In this document: piece after piece, positions 13,990 to 26,507 of the stretch
How positions within the stretch are numbered: position 1 is the stretch's first letter
Layout: each line of letters begins with the position of its first letter
Program-made: the position numbers and the translations under genes
The notes under the pieces: generated by a model
What the model saw: the letters and a program-made list of their open reading frames with translations, nothing else
Told to the model about the DNA's origin: nothing
Databases searched by the model: none
From: Antedon mediterranea
Taxonomy: Eukaryota; Animalia; Echinodermata
Length of the DNA stretch: 64,000 bases
Assembly (NCBI RefSeq): GCF_964355755.1
Contig: NC_092678.1
Location: 12,026,352 to 12,090,351, forward strand
Direction of reading: 5' to 3'

Positions 13990-14660
13990 TTGGAACCGAA
14001 GGAACCCCAAGTATTAAAAAAGTAGGCGAAAAACTGGACGGCCAGCAAAACATCGGCAATTTCCGACTATTGGCGACGAAGCCAGGAATTGTCTCCAGGT
14101 ACACAGGTTTGCTGCGCAGGAGAGGAGAAGGACCAAGGTAGGGATGAGCTCAGGCGTGAGACTTGATGATGTCAAAAACCATTTGCTCCGAACAGTTCCG
14201 GATTTGAAGGAGGCAGGCATTAGTAAAACTATGGTGCACCATTTGATGATGCTGCCAAAATCTAAATTTCGGAACAGTGTAAATTATAAAGGGCTTGTAA
14301 AACGCAACTAAGAGCAAGAATCCGGACCATCATTTTTGTCGCTTGTAATGTTCTATGTTATCTGTGCCTTTTTTGACTATGAATGTTTGCGGTTCTCGTG
14401 CGATGACAAAAACAAGGTAAAACCCTTGCTGTGAGTAGATATCACCAGATTTCACGGTATTACCCAGTGGATGATCAACCAGACTACCTTGATCATGACT
14501 TCCCTTTCGAAAATAGCAAAATAATTCCATCAGGGTACATGGTCTTGAATACAAAGATATCATCAGAACAGGCGAGGCCAAGAAGTGCCGAACCAAGGAT
14601 CATCCGGGAAAATGAAAGGCGGTTCAGATCTGTATCTCCCCCAAAACGGAAAATGCCTGC
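13990..14660 (+). mobile_element. Zator-like transposase fragment
   Basis: FAAQERRR, VKNHLLRTVPDLKEAGISK, SCDDKNK and AVSRYHQISRYYPVDDQPDYLDHDF...KIIPSGY. Confidence 0.65.
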
Positions 14661-14689
14661 CTTTACTTTTATGGATTCCAAAATGTTGC

Positions 14690-15120
14690 CTTATACAAAA
14701 CTTTAGTTTGTCCTATTTTGGAGTTTCCTGTTCAATCATGGTCACCTAATCTAAAGAAGGACATTATTAAATTTGAGAAGGTTCAAAATCGTGCAACTAA
14801 GTTAGTGCCAGAACTCCAAAATCTTTCTGCACAGGAACGACTTCCTAGGTTGGGTCACTCGAAGATAGACATAGTAGAGGTGACATGATTGTTCATGGTC
14901 ATGTTTGTTTTTCCGACTCTTTACTTTCCAAAATTCTGTTGGCCATTTTACACGAGGTCATCCTTTTAAGTTGTGTAAACCTTGGTTTAATACCTTTAGT
15001 AGAGCCTATAGTCTTTCTTTGATTTACCTATTATTAACACATGGAACTCATTACCCTTTCACATTGTTTCAAGCCCAACACTTAACACTTTCTAGCAAAA
15101 ATATGACACACACATAAACA
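14690..15120 (+). mobile_element. CR1 LINE ORF2 C-terminal fragment
   Basis: PILEFPVQSWSPNLKKDIIKFEKVQNRATKLVPELQNLS, RGDMI and TRGHPFKL. Confidence 0.75.
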
Positions 15121-15174
15121 CTATGAGAGGAGGTAGCCTCTACGAGCAAACACTCTTTGCCTCCTTATTTCACT

Positions 15175-15305
15175 AAAAAAGGAAATACACCACTCTTGGT
15201 AGCTGCTAGCTTCGGTCATACTGCATGCTGCATAGCATTAGCCAAACATGATGACTTAAATCATGAAAACAAAAATGGAGACACTGCTATGCATTTTATG
15301 TGCAC
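15175..15305 (+). pseudogene. Ankyrin-repeat fragment
   Basis: GNTPLLVAASFGHTACCIALAKHDDLNHENKNGDTAMH. Confidence 0.7.
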
Positions 15306-15559
15306 AGGAATACTTTTGTGTTCTTCATACAGGAAGGTATGGACATTTGCAGTAAAAACAAGGAGGGAAAATCTGCATTTGATTGCTATAATGAAAAACA
15401 ACCTTCTTCCAAGTGGACATGATCTGGAACGTTAGGACCAATGCAGCGAAACAACAGGCTCTGCATTATGCACGCAAATCTTTGCCCAGAAGGAAATCCC
15501 ATTGCATCACAACATCACTGGACCTTTTGTTAACAAAGCATCCCCCATCTGAAGAAGGA

Positions 15560-15850
15560 ACCGACTCCATTTGCTGAGCACTTGTTCAATAAAGGAATGC
15601 GAGCTGAGGGGAAAGTTAAATGAGGATGAAGTTTTAGGTTTGTTCGACTGAGAATTTCAAATGCAGCTATCAGCGTGAGGTACAGAGTGCCTACTATTCG
15701 CATGACTCGGCAACTGTCCACCCAATTGTAACATAGTGTAATGTACGCTGCAAACCAGTAACGGAAAGCTGTGTCGTAATATTAGTGATGATCTAAATCA
15801 TGACTACAATTTAGTGCACAGGTTTCAGAAGATAGTCACAACACACTTAA
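15560..15850 (+). mobile_element. Sola2-like transposase catalytic-region fragment
   Basis: FAEHLFN, ENFKCSYQREVQSAYYSHDSATVHP and ISDDLNHDYNLVHRFQKIV. Confidence 0.65.
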
Positions 15851-16357
15851 ATATTATACAATGTGGCCCAAGAAAAAATATTTTGATCTATACTGGGACA
15901 AAATGTGATGCTTTTGGGACAAAATGTTAAAAATTGATGTGCCTCAATAATGGTTTCTACCTGAAGCAACCAAATGCCCATGTTACATGTCAAAAGTGAT
16001 CATAATGAAGTATTAAAATGCTCTAAACAACATAATTTATTTTATTGTTTGTAACATAAATTCTACAATATTTTGTTATTTCTAATATGTTTTTTGTTTT
16101 TTATGAGTTGAATGAAATTTATTACCTTTTTATGTAAAAAATATCTATTAAAAATGGCTATTTTTTTCTTCATTCTATCTGATGTATTATTTCTATTCTT
16201 CCAGTGACATTCTAGAATGGACGGATTGCTAGATAAAGAATTGTTTAAGAAGCTCAAGGACAATGACTCTTCTCTCATACCTTTCTCCCACCAACTGCTG
16301 AACAAACATATTTTTCAGTTATTGAATTGGAGGAAGGAGGCAGGTTCCAACTGGAAG

Positions 16358-16503
16358 ACATACGTTGAGTGGCTCAGACTTCTACAACCTGGCCTTATAC
16401 CTGATAACATACGTTGAGTGGCTCAGACTTCTACAACCTGGCCTTATACCTGATAACATACGTTGAGTGGCTCAGACTTCTACAACCTGGCCTTATACCT
16501 GAT
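16358..16503. repeat. 49-bp tandem triplication
   Basis: acatacgttgagtggctcagacttctacaacctggccttatacctgat starts at 16358, 16407 and 16456. Confidence 0.95.
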
Positions 16504-16599
16504 GCCGAGGACTGGTCAAAACGATTATGTCCTCATTCAAAACAGTTTTTAGCAAAGAGAACATCCCTCTACAAAGAACATTACCATTATTCATTAGAG

Positions 16600-17593
16600 T
16601 GGATAGAAATATGTATGTTTTGAACAATCTTAGACAAAAAAAATTTGTTACCGAGATATGGCCCTCAAGTGAAAATAAGGTCAAAAGTTGTATTTCATTA
16701 AATGTTATATAAATATGGATATTCTGAACAATTTATGACAAAAATAAAGTTTTTATGACCAGGGGTTACCGAGATATGACCCTCGGGTGGAAATAATGTC
16801 AAAGGTCAAAAGTGATATTTTCCATCAAATTTCAAAAATATGTTTCATTAAAGCTAATATAAATATGGATACTTCGAAAAATTTAAAACAAAAAAAAAAT
16901 TGTTATGACCATTGGTTACCGAGATATGACCCTTATGTAAAAACGAGGTCAAAGGTCAAAAGTCGTATTTCCGGTCATTTTGTATGAAAATGTTTTATTA
17001 TAGTACATAGGAAAGTGCATATTCTGAACAATATAAGACCAAAATCAAACCTCTATGATCACTCATTGTCAAGATATAGGTCGAATACAAAAATAACCTA
17101 AATTATTGCGAAAATCGTTATGCAATAATGTCAAAGGTCAAAAATGATATTTCCCGTCAAATTTCAAAAATATGTTCCATTAAAGCGAATATAAATATAG
17201 ATATTCTGAACAATTTAAGACAAAAATAAAATCTTTATGACCAGGGGTTACCAAGATATGACCCTTATGTAAAAACAAGGTCAAAGGTCAAGTGGCATTT
17301 ACGGCCATTTTGAACAAAAACTTTTCATTATAGTACATAGAAATGTGCATATTCTGAACAATTTAAGACCAAAATCAGACCTCTATGATCAGTCTTTGTC
17401 AAGTATCGTCTATTTTTATGATTTTGATAAATCAAAGATGGCCACCAAAATGGCCCCAAAAAAACCCCATGGGACAATATTTCGTCTTGGGAACATCAAA
17501 AAATGTTAATTACATATATTCAGGATTACAAAAATGTACATTAAAAAAATACATCATGGGGGTGCACGGTAACCCCTCCTTCCTACTAGACTA
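16600..17593. mobile_element. Repeat-rich terminus of an Academ-like DNA transposon
   Basis: Repeated aaggtcaaa, ttaccgagatatgacc and ttctgaacaat modules, ending ccttcctactagacta (TAG..CTA-type end). The partner TIR was not found. Confidence 0.5.
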
Positions 17594-18999
17594 CATCACC
17601 AGCCACATTTATTTAAAGAGTGGGATGCTCAGAGTTATGTCATTCCGGCAGTGACTGGACCGAAAAAAGCAGTAGAACAAATTCCATTTGAAATGAATGT
17701 TCTTCATGAAGAAAATCGAAGATTAGCCCAGGAAAATGAAGAAATAAAACAGAAAACTTTATCACACATCCAAAAACTACAGCATAGGCGTGAATCGTAC
17801 AGCAAGAAAGAATCTGTCTGATGAATGTCAAGAGCTTCACGCAACTTGTAAAAGTAAGCACCAAGACTTACTTACACAACTTAATGTGCATTAAAATCAA
17901 ACGAGATCTTGACATCCCAGCTAAATGAACTTGATGAGAAATGTAAAAACGGATCAAAGAACTTTTTGAGTATAATGTAGAGATTAGGAGAGCATTTGAA
18001 ATTGAACAACAAAATGTTGTAACAACAATGCATGTTGGTACAGACGTAACACCAAAAAATGGTGACGTATACATGACCTACAGTAATACCATCACTGACA
18101 TCTTGTAAATAAAGTTACTTCTATGTTTTGTTTTCAAGTTATTGTAGTTTTAATTTGTTTACTACTTTGTTTACTATAGATAATAAAGATAAATAGATAA
18201 AGTCACCAAATCAACAACACATGTTCTGTACTAGATGTGTAACAAGGGTTGTTAAAGCTTAGATTCTTAATAATTGTTTGTTATTACAAATCAATGTTAA
18301 TTATATTGTTTTATTCCATTTCCATGGCAACCACTTCGAAACTATAAGTCGGGCGGGGCCAATTTTGGTAAAGTATTTATGTATGTACTACTCGACTAAT
18401 ATTCATGCGAAAATAAAGTTCACAATCCTTTTTGTTTACCGTACGAAAAAAACAAGATATTTGGACCCTAGAAACCAGGCCATTGCAAAAATAGAGCAAG
18501 TTTACAGAATATCACAAATTCTCTGCTTCTCATTGACCGATATTGATGATTATGGTGTCATTTTATTCAGAATTGAGAGCTGCTTCCAACTGCAAAGAAT
18601 TAATCCAATCAGAACAGTTTAAATTTTCGCCGTGTGGCTAAAGATACCGTACCGTATCCTAACTTCCGTTTGCTAAAGGTACGGTAAAATTGCATTACAT
18701 CATAATCAGTGAATGGTGTTTTCGAACATCAACATAGTATTTTGTTCAGTGTTTACTTGTTAGTTCCGTATTTTTTTTGTGGAATGACATTTACACCATT
18801 TTGTCTAGTACCGTACATTAATTGTTATAATAATAATTACCTAAAATAATTGATTTGCATATTTCAGATTTGTAATAATAATAATTCGGATTGTTTACAT
18901 GTTTCATTAGTATACTTTTGTGCTGCAAATTTCTGGCAAAAATACCTGTTTAGTGCATTATTTTACTTTTCAATTAATAAAATAATTCTTTTCCATATA

Positions 19000-20890
19000 T
19001 AGGAATGAATTACTGGTCACCTTCATCGCCAGCAGATTTTGCAGATAACTTGTGATTTCAATGAACCTGTAGAACATGATGAGGTGGATATGGATTGTCC
19101 ATATACTCCACCTCAACAGCAGCATTCAGATCCAAATGGTCCAATCACCTATACCTTTCTTGAAGGTACAAGAAGTTGAGGAAAGGTAACGGACACATTT
19201 GTTTCTCTTCTCTTGAACACAATTGTAATGTCGTTAATTTTGTTTTTGTTTTATAAGTATATTAAGCATGATTATACTTTTCTAAAGGATATGACGACAG
19301 ACGACGAATAGACATTACATGGCAGTGTTCTTCAAGAAACAAGTATTCAGGTGGATGTCGTGCAACAGTAATGGAGCGGGGTGGAGACAACATTCGTGGT
19401 ACACAGAGACATACATGACCATCCCAACCAGGTATGAAAAATTTAATTTACTTATCTTTGAAATTATAGATAAACCAATATCCATATTTTTTTACATTTT
19501 TTTAAAAACTAAACAAAACATGTTTTACTCAAGTCGAAAGGCAGTGGAAAATCTTCGACGTAAAATAAAAATTTGATAGAGGCACCGTTTGAATCCGCAG
19601 CTGAGACTGTTGAAAAAGTATGTACTTCTAAATAGAGCAATTTTTCAATTTTGAAACAGTGGAGATGCGAATACACACAAACACTCTCCTATTTTGTTTT
19701 GCATTTGCATACAAAGAAAAAGAGGATGTCAATTACCATCAAACAAGCAGCAACATTTTTTATGTCATATAGGCAATAGGAAATGATATTGGAGTTGGAA
19801 ACATCGGCATCATCCTACACTACCCCGCCCGGTAAACCTAGTACAACAAGCTAATCGTAAATGTCAGCTAACTCGTCCTGTGCAACCAAATGATTTGAAT
19901 TTCATATTAAACAGAGATTATATTGGTCATTTTTCCAAAAATGACATACAGTACAGGTAAACGGCCAGAGACAAAATTGTGTTTGCAACAGAGGAAATGT
20001 TAAATCTTTTACATAAAAACGTTTGGTGGTATCAATTCTTGCGTAAAACAACGTTACTTCACGTTCATTCACTTGAATTTATCTTATTTTTATCCTTCTG
20101 TTTTAATCCTTCTTACTGACGTAGGTATATGTTGATGCTACGTTCAAACTGGTCAAAACAACAACTATTTAGTATACACGGTTTTGTAACATCCGGAAAA
20201 TCTATGAAACAGGTTCCACTTTTGTTTGTATTGTTGTACGCACGTAGCATTCTCGATTACTCAGCTGTCTTGAGAGCGGCTTTGGAAGTACTGTAGTTCC
20301 TAACCATGATGTCAAGAAAGTGTTTGCTGATTATGAAGCCTCTATTTGGCGATCATTTAGATCTGTAATGCCTAATATAGAAATATCAGGCTGTTTGTTT
20401 CACTTCATACAGGCATATAAATGTTTATCTTATACAATGTCCATTAACTAGAAACTGCCCACAGTCATATTAACACATGAGCTTTTTTTTTTGGCTTTAG
20501 AAAAATTATAACAACCAATGGCAGAACCAGGAGGGATTGGTGAAAGTTGTGTATTCACTACTTGTCAAACTCTAGCGTTTGAGTGAATATTATAATGCTA
20601 CTATTTTTAGGCTGTGTTTAGGAAAGTACAGGAGGGATTGAATGCAGCGTACAATAGGGGATATTGGAACAAATGTCGTAAGTATTTTTACTCCATAAAT
20701 TGACCAGTTAATTCTGTTCAGCCTATGCCTATTGCTTTCTCTTGGCAAGATTGTGCTTAATATAACATTCCGAAAAAATATTATTAGGCTTATTAATACT
20801 TTTTGCTGGTTATTTCTACAGCTCATAAAGCAATTGATGGCATTGCCTCTGTTGCCTCATGAACATATTTCACAAGTATTTGATTCGAAA
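19000..20890 (+). mobile_element. MULE/MuDR transposase relic with introns
   Basis: VFATEEMLNLL, YVDATFKLVK, QLFSIHGF, KQVPLLFVL, DYEASIWRSFRSVMPNIEISGCLFHFIQA and LMALPLLPHEHI. Confidence 0.8.
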
Positions 20891-21420
20891 AACACGACGT
20901 AGCGATTATCGAGATGCAACAGACCGTGAAATCCTACTGCGCATGTGGGAGCAAAGCCAATTTGTTCGGCCTGCTCATCGCGAGACGGGATTCGGCTGAT
21001 TTGGCGTTGCCTGGAAGACGCAATTTGTTATGGACCCGACAAGTACTTCTGTGAGTGTTTTTACAGTTTATATATAATTGTACAGATACAATCTGTACTG
21101 ATTGTATTTTATTTAGAAAGATATTTAAAAACTTCTGTGTGAAATTAGGCCTAGACCATCATGATGATGAGGATGGCGATGGCAGGTGCTTTGGTAACAT
21201 GTGCTTTCACCCTTTCAAAGGTCTATTGTTATTAGCTCTTATAATTGCCGTTAATTGGAGGTATAATATTGAGAAATCTGTATCTGTATGGGTAGTATAA
21301 TATGGTCTGCATAGTTTGATAAATCCATGTACAGTAATAATAATTTAATATAATTCAGTCTATATACAGTATTTTTGTACTGACTGTGTTGTGGTGATGT
21401 ATTTTGTATATGTATATGTA

Positions 21421-21535
21421 GGCCTATGTGTGTAATCTAGCCTCGGCCAGGCATATATCATCAGCCTAGTCTAGAGGGGGCCTATGTGTGTAATCTAGCC
21501 TCGGCCAGGCATATATCATCAGCCTAGTCTAGAGG
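21421..21535. repeat. ~59-bp tandem duplication
   Basis: ggcctatgtgtgtaatctagcctcggccaggcatatatcatcagcctagtctagagg occurs twice. Confidence 0.9.
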
Positions 21536-21981
21536 AAAAAAATCATTTAATTTCATTGTCATTTAACTTTTTTTGCAGAAAAATGATTCGCCACCGGGAC
21601 CACTAACAACCAAGAAGAGCTTTTCAAACAGCACTATTACTGCCAGGTAAGTTGAAAACAAGAAATAATATACCTACTGTAGTAAGAAAATATTTAATGT
21701 TTAGAACCAAATGAGTAATAAAAAAGAGAAAGAAGTAAACACCAATATGTGTGACAGAAAATATAATCATAAGTTAAAAAAGTAGGCCTTCTTTGATGAT
21801 TTTTTTTAATCAGTATTTCCTGTCATTAAGAGGGAGGAGCTTAATTCACTCTTAACTATTAGTAGACCTTCTTTGAACTTGTCCGGAGAGCAACTAGATT
21901 GTTAAAAGCTTGTTTAGCCCTGATGATTAATTATTACTAACTGCAGTCTGATGAGTTCATGAGTATTTTTTTTTTTTATAG

Positions 21982-22358
21982 AAATGTAATGAAGTGGACT
22001 GAGGCAAAGGACAAGGTGTTGATGGGTGAAGTCACCCTTAGTAATCCATACCAGTACAGGAAAGGTAGTGCAGAGAGGGGTAAAGTCTGGGCAGAAGTAG
22101 CAGCCAATCTGAACAAGAGAGATGATTTTAGTGCTCTTATGGCGAAAACAGCAAGAAAAAATTCCAATGAGAAAAAATCATCAGGCATTGCGCCAGAGGA
22201 CACAGAGTCTCAGAAAGCGATCACGTCAATGATGGAAGAGATATTGGAACTCCGAGTCTCTACCAATATCGGGAAAGGCATCTGAGGAGCAGTTAAAGAA
22301 AGATGGAGTAGAGATGAGAAAAAGGAGCTGCGAAACCTTTGCAGAAACCAACAAGGGG
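21982..22358 (+). pseudogene. Myb/SANT-like TE accessory gene exon (Harbinger-type)
   Basis: MKWTEAKDKVLMGEV...PYQYRKGSAERGKVWAEVAANLN...EKKSSGI, flanked by an AG acceptor and a GT donor. Confidence 0.6.
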
Positions 22359-22367
22359 TAAATAATT

Positions 22368-25300
22368 TGCATTGCATGCATTTGCAAATCCATTTGCCAA
22401 AATACACTCACGTCAGCGGACGTGTTTCAGTCGAGCTCTCTAGGCATGACATTTCTCTGAACAATCTACAGTATAGCCCGGGAATTTTGAACGAGTCCGG
22501 CCGACACAGATAGGCACAAAGGCACTCCTTGGGCCTAGTTCAAGTGTCTTTCAACCTCGCATTTTTTAAAGCAACTAAAATATTTTATAGAATGTTGTTT
22601 GTATAGCTGTCTGTATATTGATGATATTTTTATATGCTTCTTCAAGCTGAAATTTTACATGCATTTTTAATCTGAAATTGTGTACGGATTTTAACTGTAT
22701 TTGTATCGTGTTTTTTTGTATGATCTGTTTACGGTACCGTATTGACTCATTTCATAGCCGGTAAGTTTCTTCTAGGTGGATTTTGACTTGGATTAGATTG
22801 TTGATTTATCATGGCTACGTTTCGACATACCGGTTTGCCTACTCTATTAGTGATCCTGCTGGCGGTGATAACAAAATGGAATGCCAGGGACGTCCAGAGA
22901 AATTCCAATGATTTGCGTACAAGCAGTCCGTTTAAGGAATTCTTCACTAGCCAACATGGAATCACAGCACTTAAATTATGTTCTACGTCATACTTTGAAA
23001 AGGTATATCCACGCAAACACGGTCACGGAGGAAAAACTAAAACACGGGCAATACGACTTGGAGTTTTATTGAGACATTTTGCGTTTATGATTCTTGTTTT
23101 AAGTGGAGATATATCGTCTAACCCTGGACCCACAACTTGTGATCCATGTGGGCTGTGTTCAGGATCTGTGAAATCAAATCAACGAGGTATCTGCTGCGAT
23201 GGATGTGACTCATGGTACCACATTAAATGTGCGAATATCTCTATTAAAGAATACAATCGCCTTGCCAAATCGGATTCGGACTGGCATTGCTACTCATGTA
23301 TGGTACCTATCTTCAGTGATTCATTATTTGAAGATACTATTAATATATCTGATGTTTCGTACACGGAGTTGTTAAATGCCAATTTGGAAAACGAGGATAG
23401 GCTGCTCAACGAGTTGGAATGTAAACTTCTTTGTGGTAAGGGTTTGATATTTATTCACCTTAACGTTAGAAGTTTACTTAACAAAATCGATCAAATTCGA
23501 GATATTGCAAAAAATACGAACGCATCAGTCATTGCAATAAGTGAGTCGTGGCTCGATGATTCAATCAATGATGCTGAAATAAAAATTGAAAATTTCTCAA
23601 TAGAAAGGAAAGACAGAAATGGAAAAGGGGGTGGAGTGTGTTTATATATACGCAATACTATTTCATACTCAGTCAGAAATGATTTGGACAGAGAGGATAT
23701 CGAATGCAAATGGATTGATATAATTTTGCCAAAGTCGAAGCCAATTTTAACCGGTGTTTGCTATCGCCCACCAAAACAAGGTACATTTTTTAACTGTTTA
23801 GAAAACCTGCTTATGACTGTTGGAAACTTCATTGCTCAAGAAATTATTATTCTTGGAGACTTTAATGTAAATGTTTTAAATTGTAATCGTAACAACTATG
23901 AGTCAGTGACTAACTTCTGTAATATTTTCGGTCTTGAACAACTTATCACTGAACCAACTAGGATCAGTGATAACAATAGCTCAGCAATAGATTTGATCTT
24001 TGCCAGTGATCCTTTAAAAATTAAGGCCAGTGGAGTAATTCCTATTGGACTAAGTGATCACTTTTTAACGTTTTGTAGACGAAAACGGACTAATATCATT
24101 TCTGGCATACACAGAACAATTGATGTTAGATCAATGAAAAATTACAGTTCTGATTCACTGACTCATATGCTTAATAGTATTGACTGGTCAGATTGTATTA
24201 GTTTAACTTGTGTTCAATCTTCATGGGATACATTTAAAGATAATTTTCTGCGTATAATTGATTCAATTGCTCCTAAAAAAAAAGTTAGGGTTAAAGTAAA
24301 AGATCAACCATGGTTTGACTCCGAATTAAGAGATCTTATTAGGCAAAGAGACAAAATGTTAATTAGATATCGTAGTACAAAGGATGTGATGCATCTCAAA
24401 GGTTTTAGAAAACTCCGAAATAGTGTAAATTATAAAATTAAAAAAGCTAAAGTAAATTTTTATTCTGAACAACTTCAAGAAAATAAATACAAACCAAAAC
24501 AATTATGGAAAGTTCTTAAAGGTCTTGGAACCTCTAAATCAAATAATAATGACAAGAAACAGGTTTGTCTTGAGATCAACAATGAATATGTTCATGATAA
24601 GAAAGAAGTTGCTGAAGAGTTTAATTCGTACTTCACCAACGTTGCTGGAGAGCTAGTAAACAAACTTGACCCTCCTAGTAATACTTATAACTTGGAACAT
24701 GTCAATGTCTTTTACAGTAGCAAAGGTGTCTTTCTTAATGATTTTTCTTTCATAGAATTATCTGAAGATAATGTTCTTAAAGCTTTGACACAATTATCGA
24801 CGAGTAAAGCTACCGGAATAGATACTCTACCAGCCAAATTCTTCAAAGATGGGGCTTCTGCAATAGCAAAACCATTAACTCATATTATTAAGTTGTCCTT
24901 CACATCCGGTATTGTACCCAAAGAATGGAAATTAGCGAGAGTCATCCCAATTCACAAAAAGGGTAGTAAAACGGTGGTAGGTAACTATCGTCCGGTGTCT
25001 ATACTCTCGGCTTTTTCTAAAGTTGTTGAAAGACTAGTACATGACCAATTGATGGAATACCTTAATTCTAAATCACTTATCTATGATTTCCAATGCGGGT
25101 TCCGAGCAAATTTTTCGACAGATCTTTGTTTAATTCACCTAACTGACCATATTAAAAAGAATTGGGATAAAGGTAATTTAACAGGTATGATAGTCTTAGA
25201 CCTACAAAAGGCTTTCGATACTGTAGACCATCAGATTTTACTAGGCAAAATGAGAGCATTAGGATTGTCCCAAACAGTAATAGGTTGGTTTAAATCATAT

Positions 25301-26507
25301 TTAACAGATAGATGGCAGGTAGTTGATAATTGTGGTACTCTTTCAACGTGGAAAAAAATAACATGTGGGGTCCCTCAGGGGTCAATATTGGGCCCACTGT
25401 TGTTCTTAATGTATGTGAATGATATGGAATCTGCATTGAGTTGTAAACTGCTCCTTTATGCCGATGATTCTGCTATAGTTGTATCTGATAAAAGTTTCGC
25501 CAATATACAAAATGTATTGTCAAAAGAATTAAAATCTATTAATTCTTGGTTATTAGATAATAGATTGTCATTGCATCTAGGCAAAACGTATTCAATTCTA
25601 TTTGGATCTAAACGTAAACTCAGAAATCAACAAGAATTGAAAGTTACATGCAATGATTATATAATCACAAACAAACCTACAGTAAGTTATCTAGGACTTG
25701 AACTCGATAACAATCTAACTGGAGATTATATAGGTAAATCAGTTATAAAGAAAGTAAACTCAAGGGTAAAATTTTTATATAGAAATAGAAAGTACTTAAC
25801 TTTCAGAGATCTTAAGTTACTAGCAAATAGTTTGGTGTTATGCCTTTATGATTATGCTTGTAGCGTGTGGTACTCTGGATTAAAAAAAACATTAAAAGTA
25901 AAATTGCAAACTGCACAAAATAAGACGGTCAGATGTATTCTTGGTCTTGAACCAAGGGATCACATTGGGGCTAATGAATTAAACAAACTGAATTGGCTCC
26001 CAGTAGACTTAAGAGTTAAACAGATAAAACTTTGTCACATGTATCGTATTATTAATGGATTAAGCCCTACGTTTATGAATGATGGTATTAGTAGAGCAAA
26101 TGTAATTCACCAGTACAATACTAGATTTGCAACTCAATCAATTTATAGACCATATATAGGTAACCACTCCCAAGCAACCTTTGTTAACACGGCAATAACG
26201 TCATGGAATCACCTGCCAAAATTGATACAGTGTTCAGAAACCATCAATCAATTCAAAAGATATCAGGAAACATCTCAAAGAGGTTATGCTTGAAAGATTA
26301 TAATTTATATTTATATTGTTACTACATGTGTTATTGTTTATTGTAAATGTTTATTCTTATGGTGTTTTTATCCTTAAGGGCCACAATGGAAATAAGTTTG
26401 ACCTTTGGTTACTTTTTTGTGTTACCCTGAATTCATTCTTTGTATTTTTTTTTTTTTTTTTATGTTGTGTTATTTTATGAATTCGAATAAAGAAATGAAA
26501 AAAAAAA
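22368..26507 (+). mobile_element. Apparently full-length CR1/L2-group LINE (Crack/Daphne-like)
   Basis: Single long ORF, ~440-bp 5' UTR, 3' UTR with AATAAA and an A-tail. Candidate TSD aaataatt at 22360-22367 and 26508-26515. Confidence 0.85.
22811..26293 (+). CDS. LINE polyprotein: hydrophobic leader, 2A-like motif, PHD finger, AP endonuclease, reverse transcriptase (1160 aa)
   Basis: GDISSNPGP; CGLC...CDGCDSWYHIKC...WHCYSC; NVRSL, SESW, GDFN, SDH; DLQKAFD, GVPQGSILGP and YADD. Confidence 0.93.
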   Translation: MATFRHTGLPTLLVILLAVITKWNARDVQRNSNDLRTSSPFKEFFTSQHGITALKLCSTSYFEKVYPRKHGHGGKTKTRAIRLGVLLRHFAFMILVLSGDISSNPGPTTCDPCGLCSGSVKSNQRGICCDGCDSWYHIKCANISIKEYNRLAKSDSDWHCYSCMVPIFSDSLFEDTINISDVSYTELLNANLENEDRLLNELECKLLCGKGLIFIHLNVRSLLNKIDQIRDIAKNTNASVIAISESWLDDSINDAEIKIENFSIERKDRNGKGGGVCLYIRNTISYSVRNDLDREDIECKWIDIILPKSKPILTGVCYRPPKQGTFFNCLENLLMTVGNFIAQEIIILGDFNVNVLNCNRNNYESVTNFCNIFGLEQLITEPTRISDNNSSAIDLIFASDPLKIKASGVIPIGLSDHFLTFCRRKRTNIISGIHRTIDVRSMKNYSSDSLTHMLNSIDWSDCISLTCVQSSWDTFKDNFLRIIDSIAPKKKVRVKVKDQPWFDSELRDLIRQRDKMLIRYRSTKDVMHLKGFRKLRNSVNYKIKKAKVNFYSEQLQENKYKPKQLWKVLKGLGTSKSNNNDKKQVCLEINNEYVHDKKEVAEEFNSYFTNVAGELVNKLDPPSNTYNLEHVNVFYSSKGVFLNDFSFIELSEDNVLKALTQLSTSKATGIDTLPAKFFKDGASAIAKPLTHIIKLSFTSGIVPKEWKLARVIPIHKKGSKTVVGNYRPVSILSAFSKVVERLVHDQLMEYLNSKSLIYDFQCGFRANFSTDLCLIHLTDHIKKNWDKGNLTGMIVLDLQKAFDTVDHQILLGKMRALGLSQTVIGWFKSYLTDRWQVVDNCGTLSTWKKITCGVPQGSILGPLLFLMYVNDMESALSCKLLLYADDSAIVVSDKSFANIQNVLSKELKSINSWLLDNRLSLHLGKTYSILFGSKRKLRNQQELKVTCNDYIITNKPTVSYLGLELDNNLTGDYIGKSVIKKVNSRVKFLYRNRKYLTFRDLKLLANSLVLCLYDYACSVWYSGLKKTLKVKLQTAQNKTVRCILGLEPRDHIGANELNKLNWLPVDLRVKQIKLCHMYRIINGLSPTFMNDGISRANVIHQYNTRFATQSIYRPYIGNHSQATFVNTAITSWNHLPKLIQCSETINQFKRYQETSQRGYA

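Noticed and set aside
17600-18100. Coiled-coil-like coding remnant on the + strand
   Set aside because: Many stops and no diagnostic motif, so it was not counted in the strand tally.
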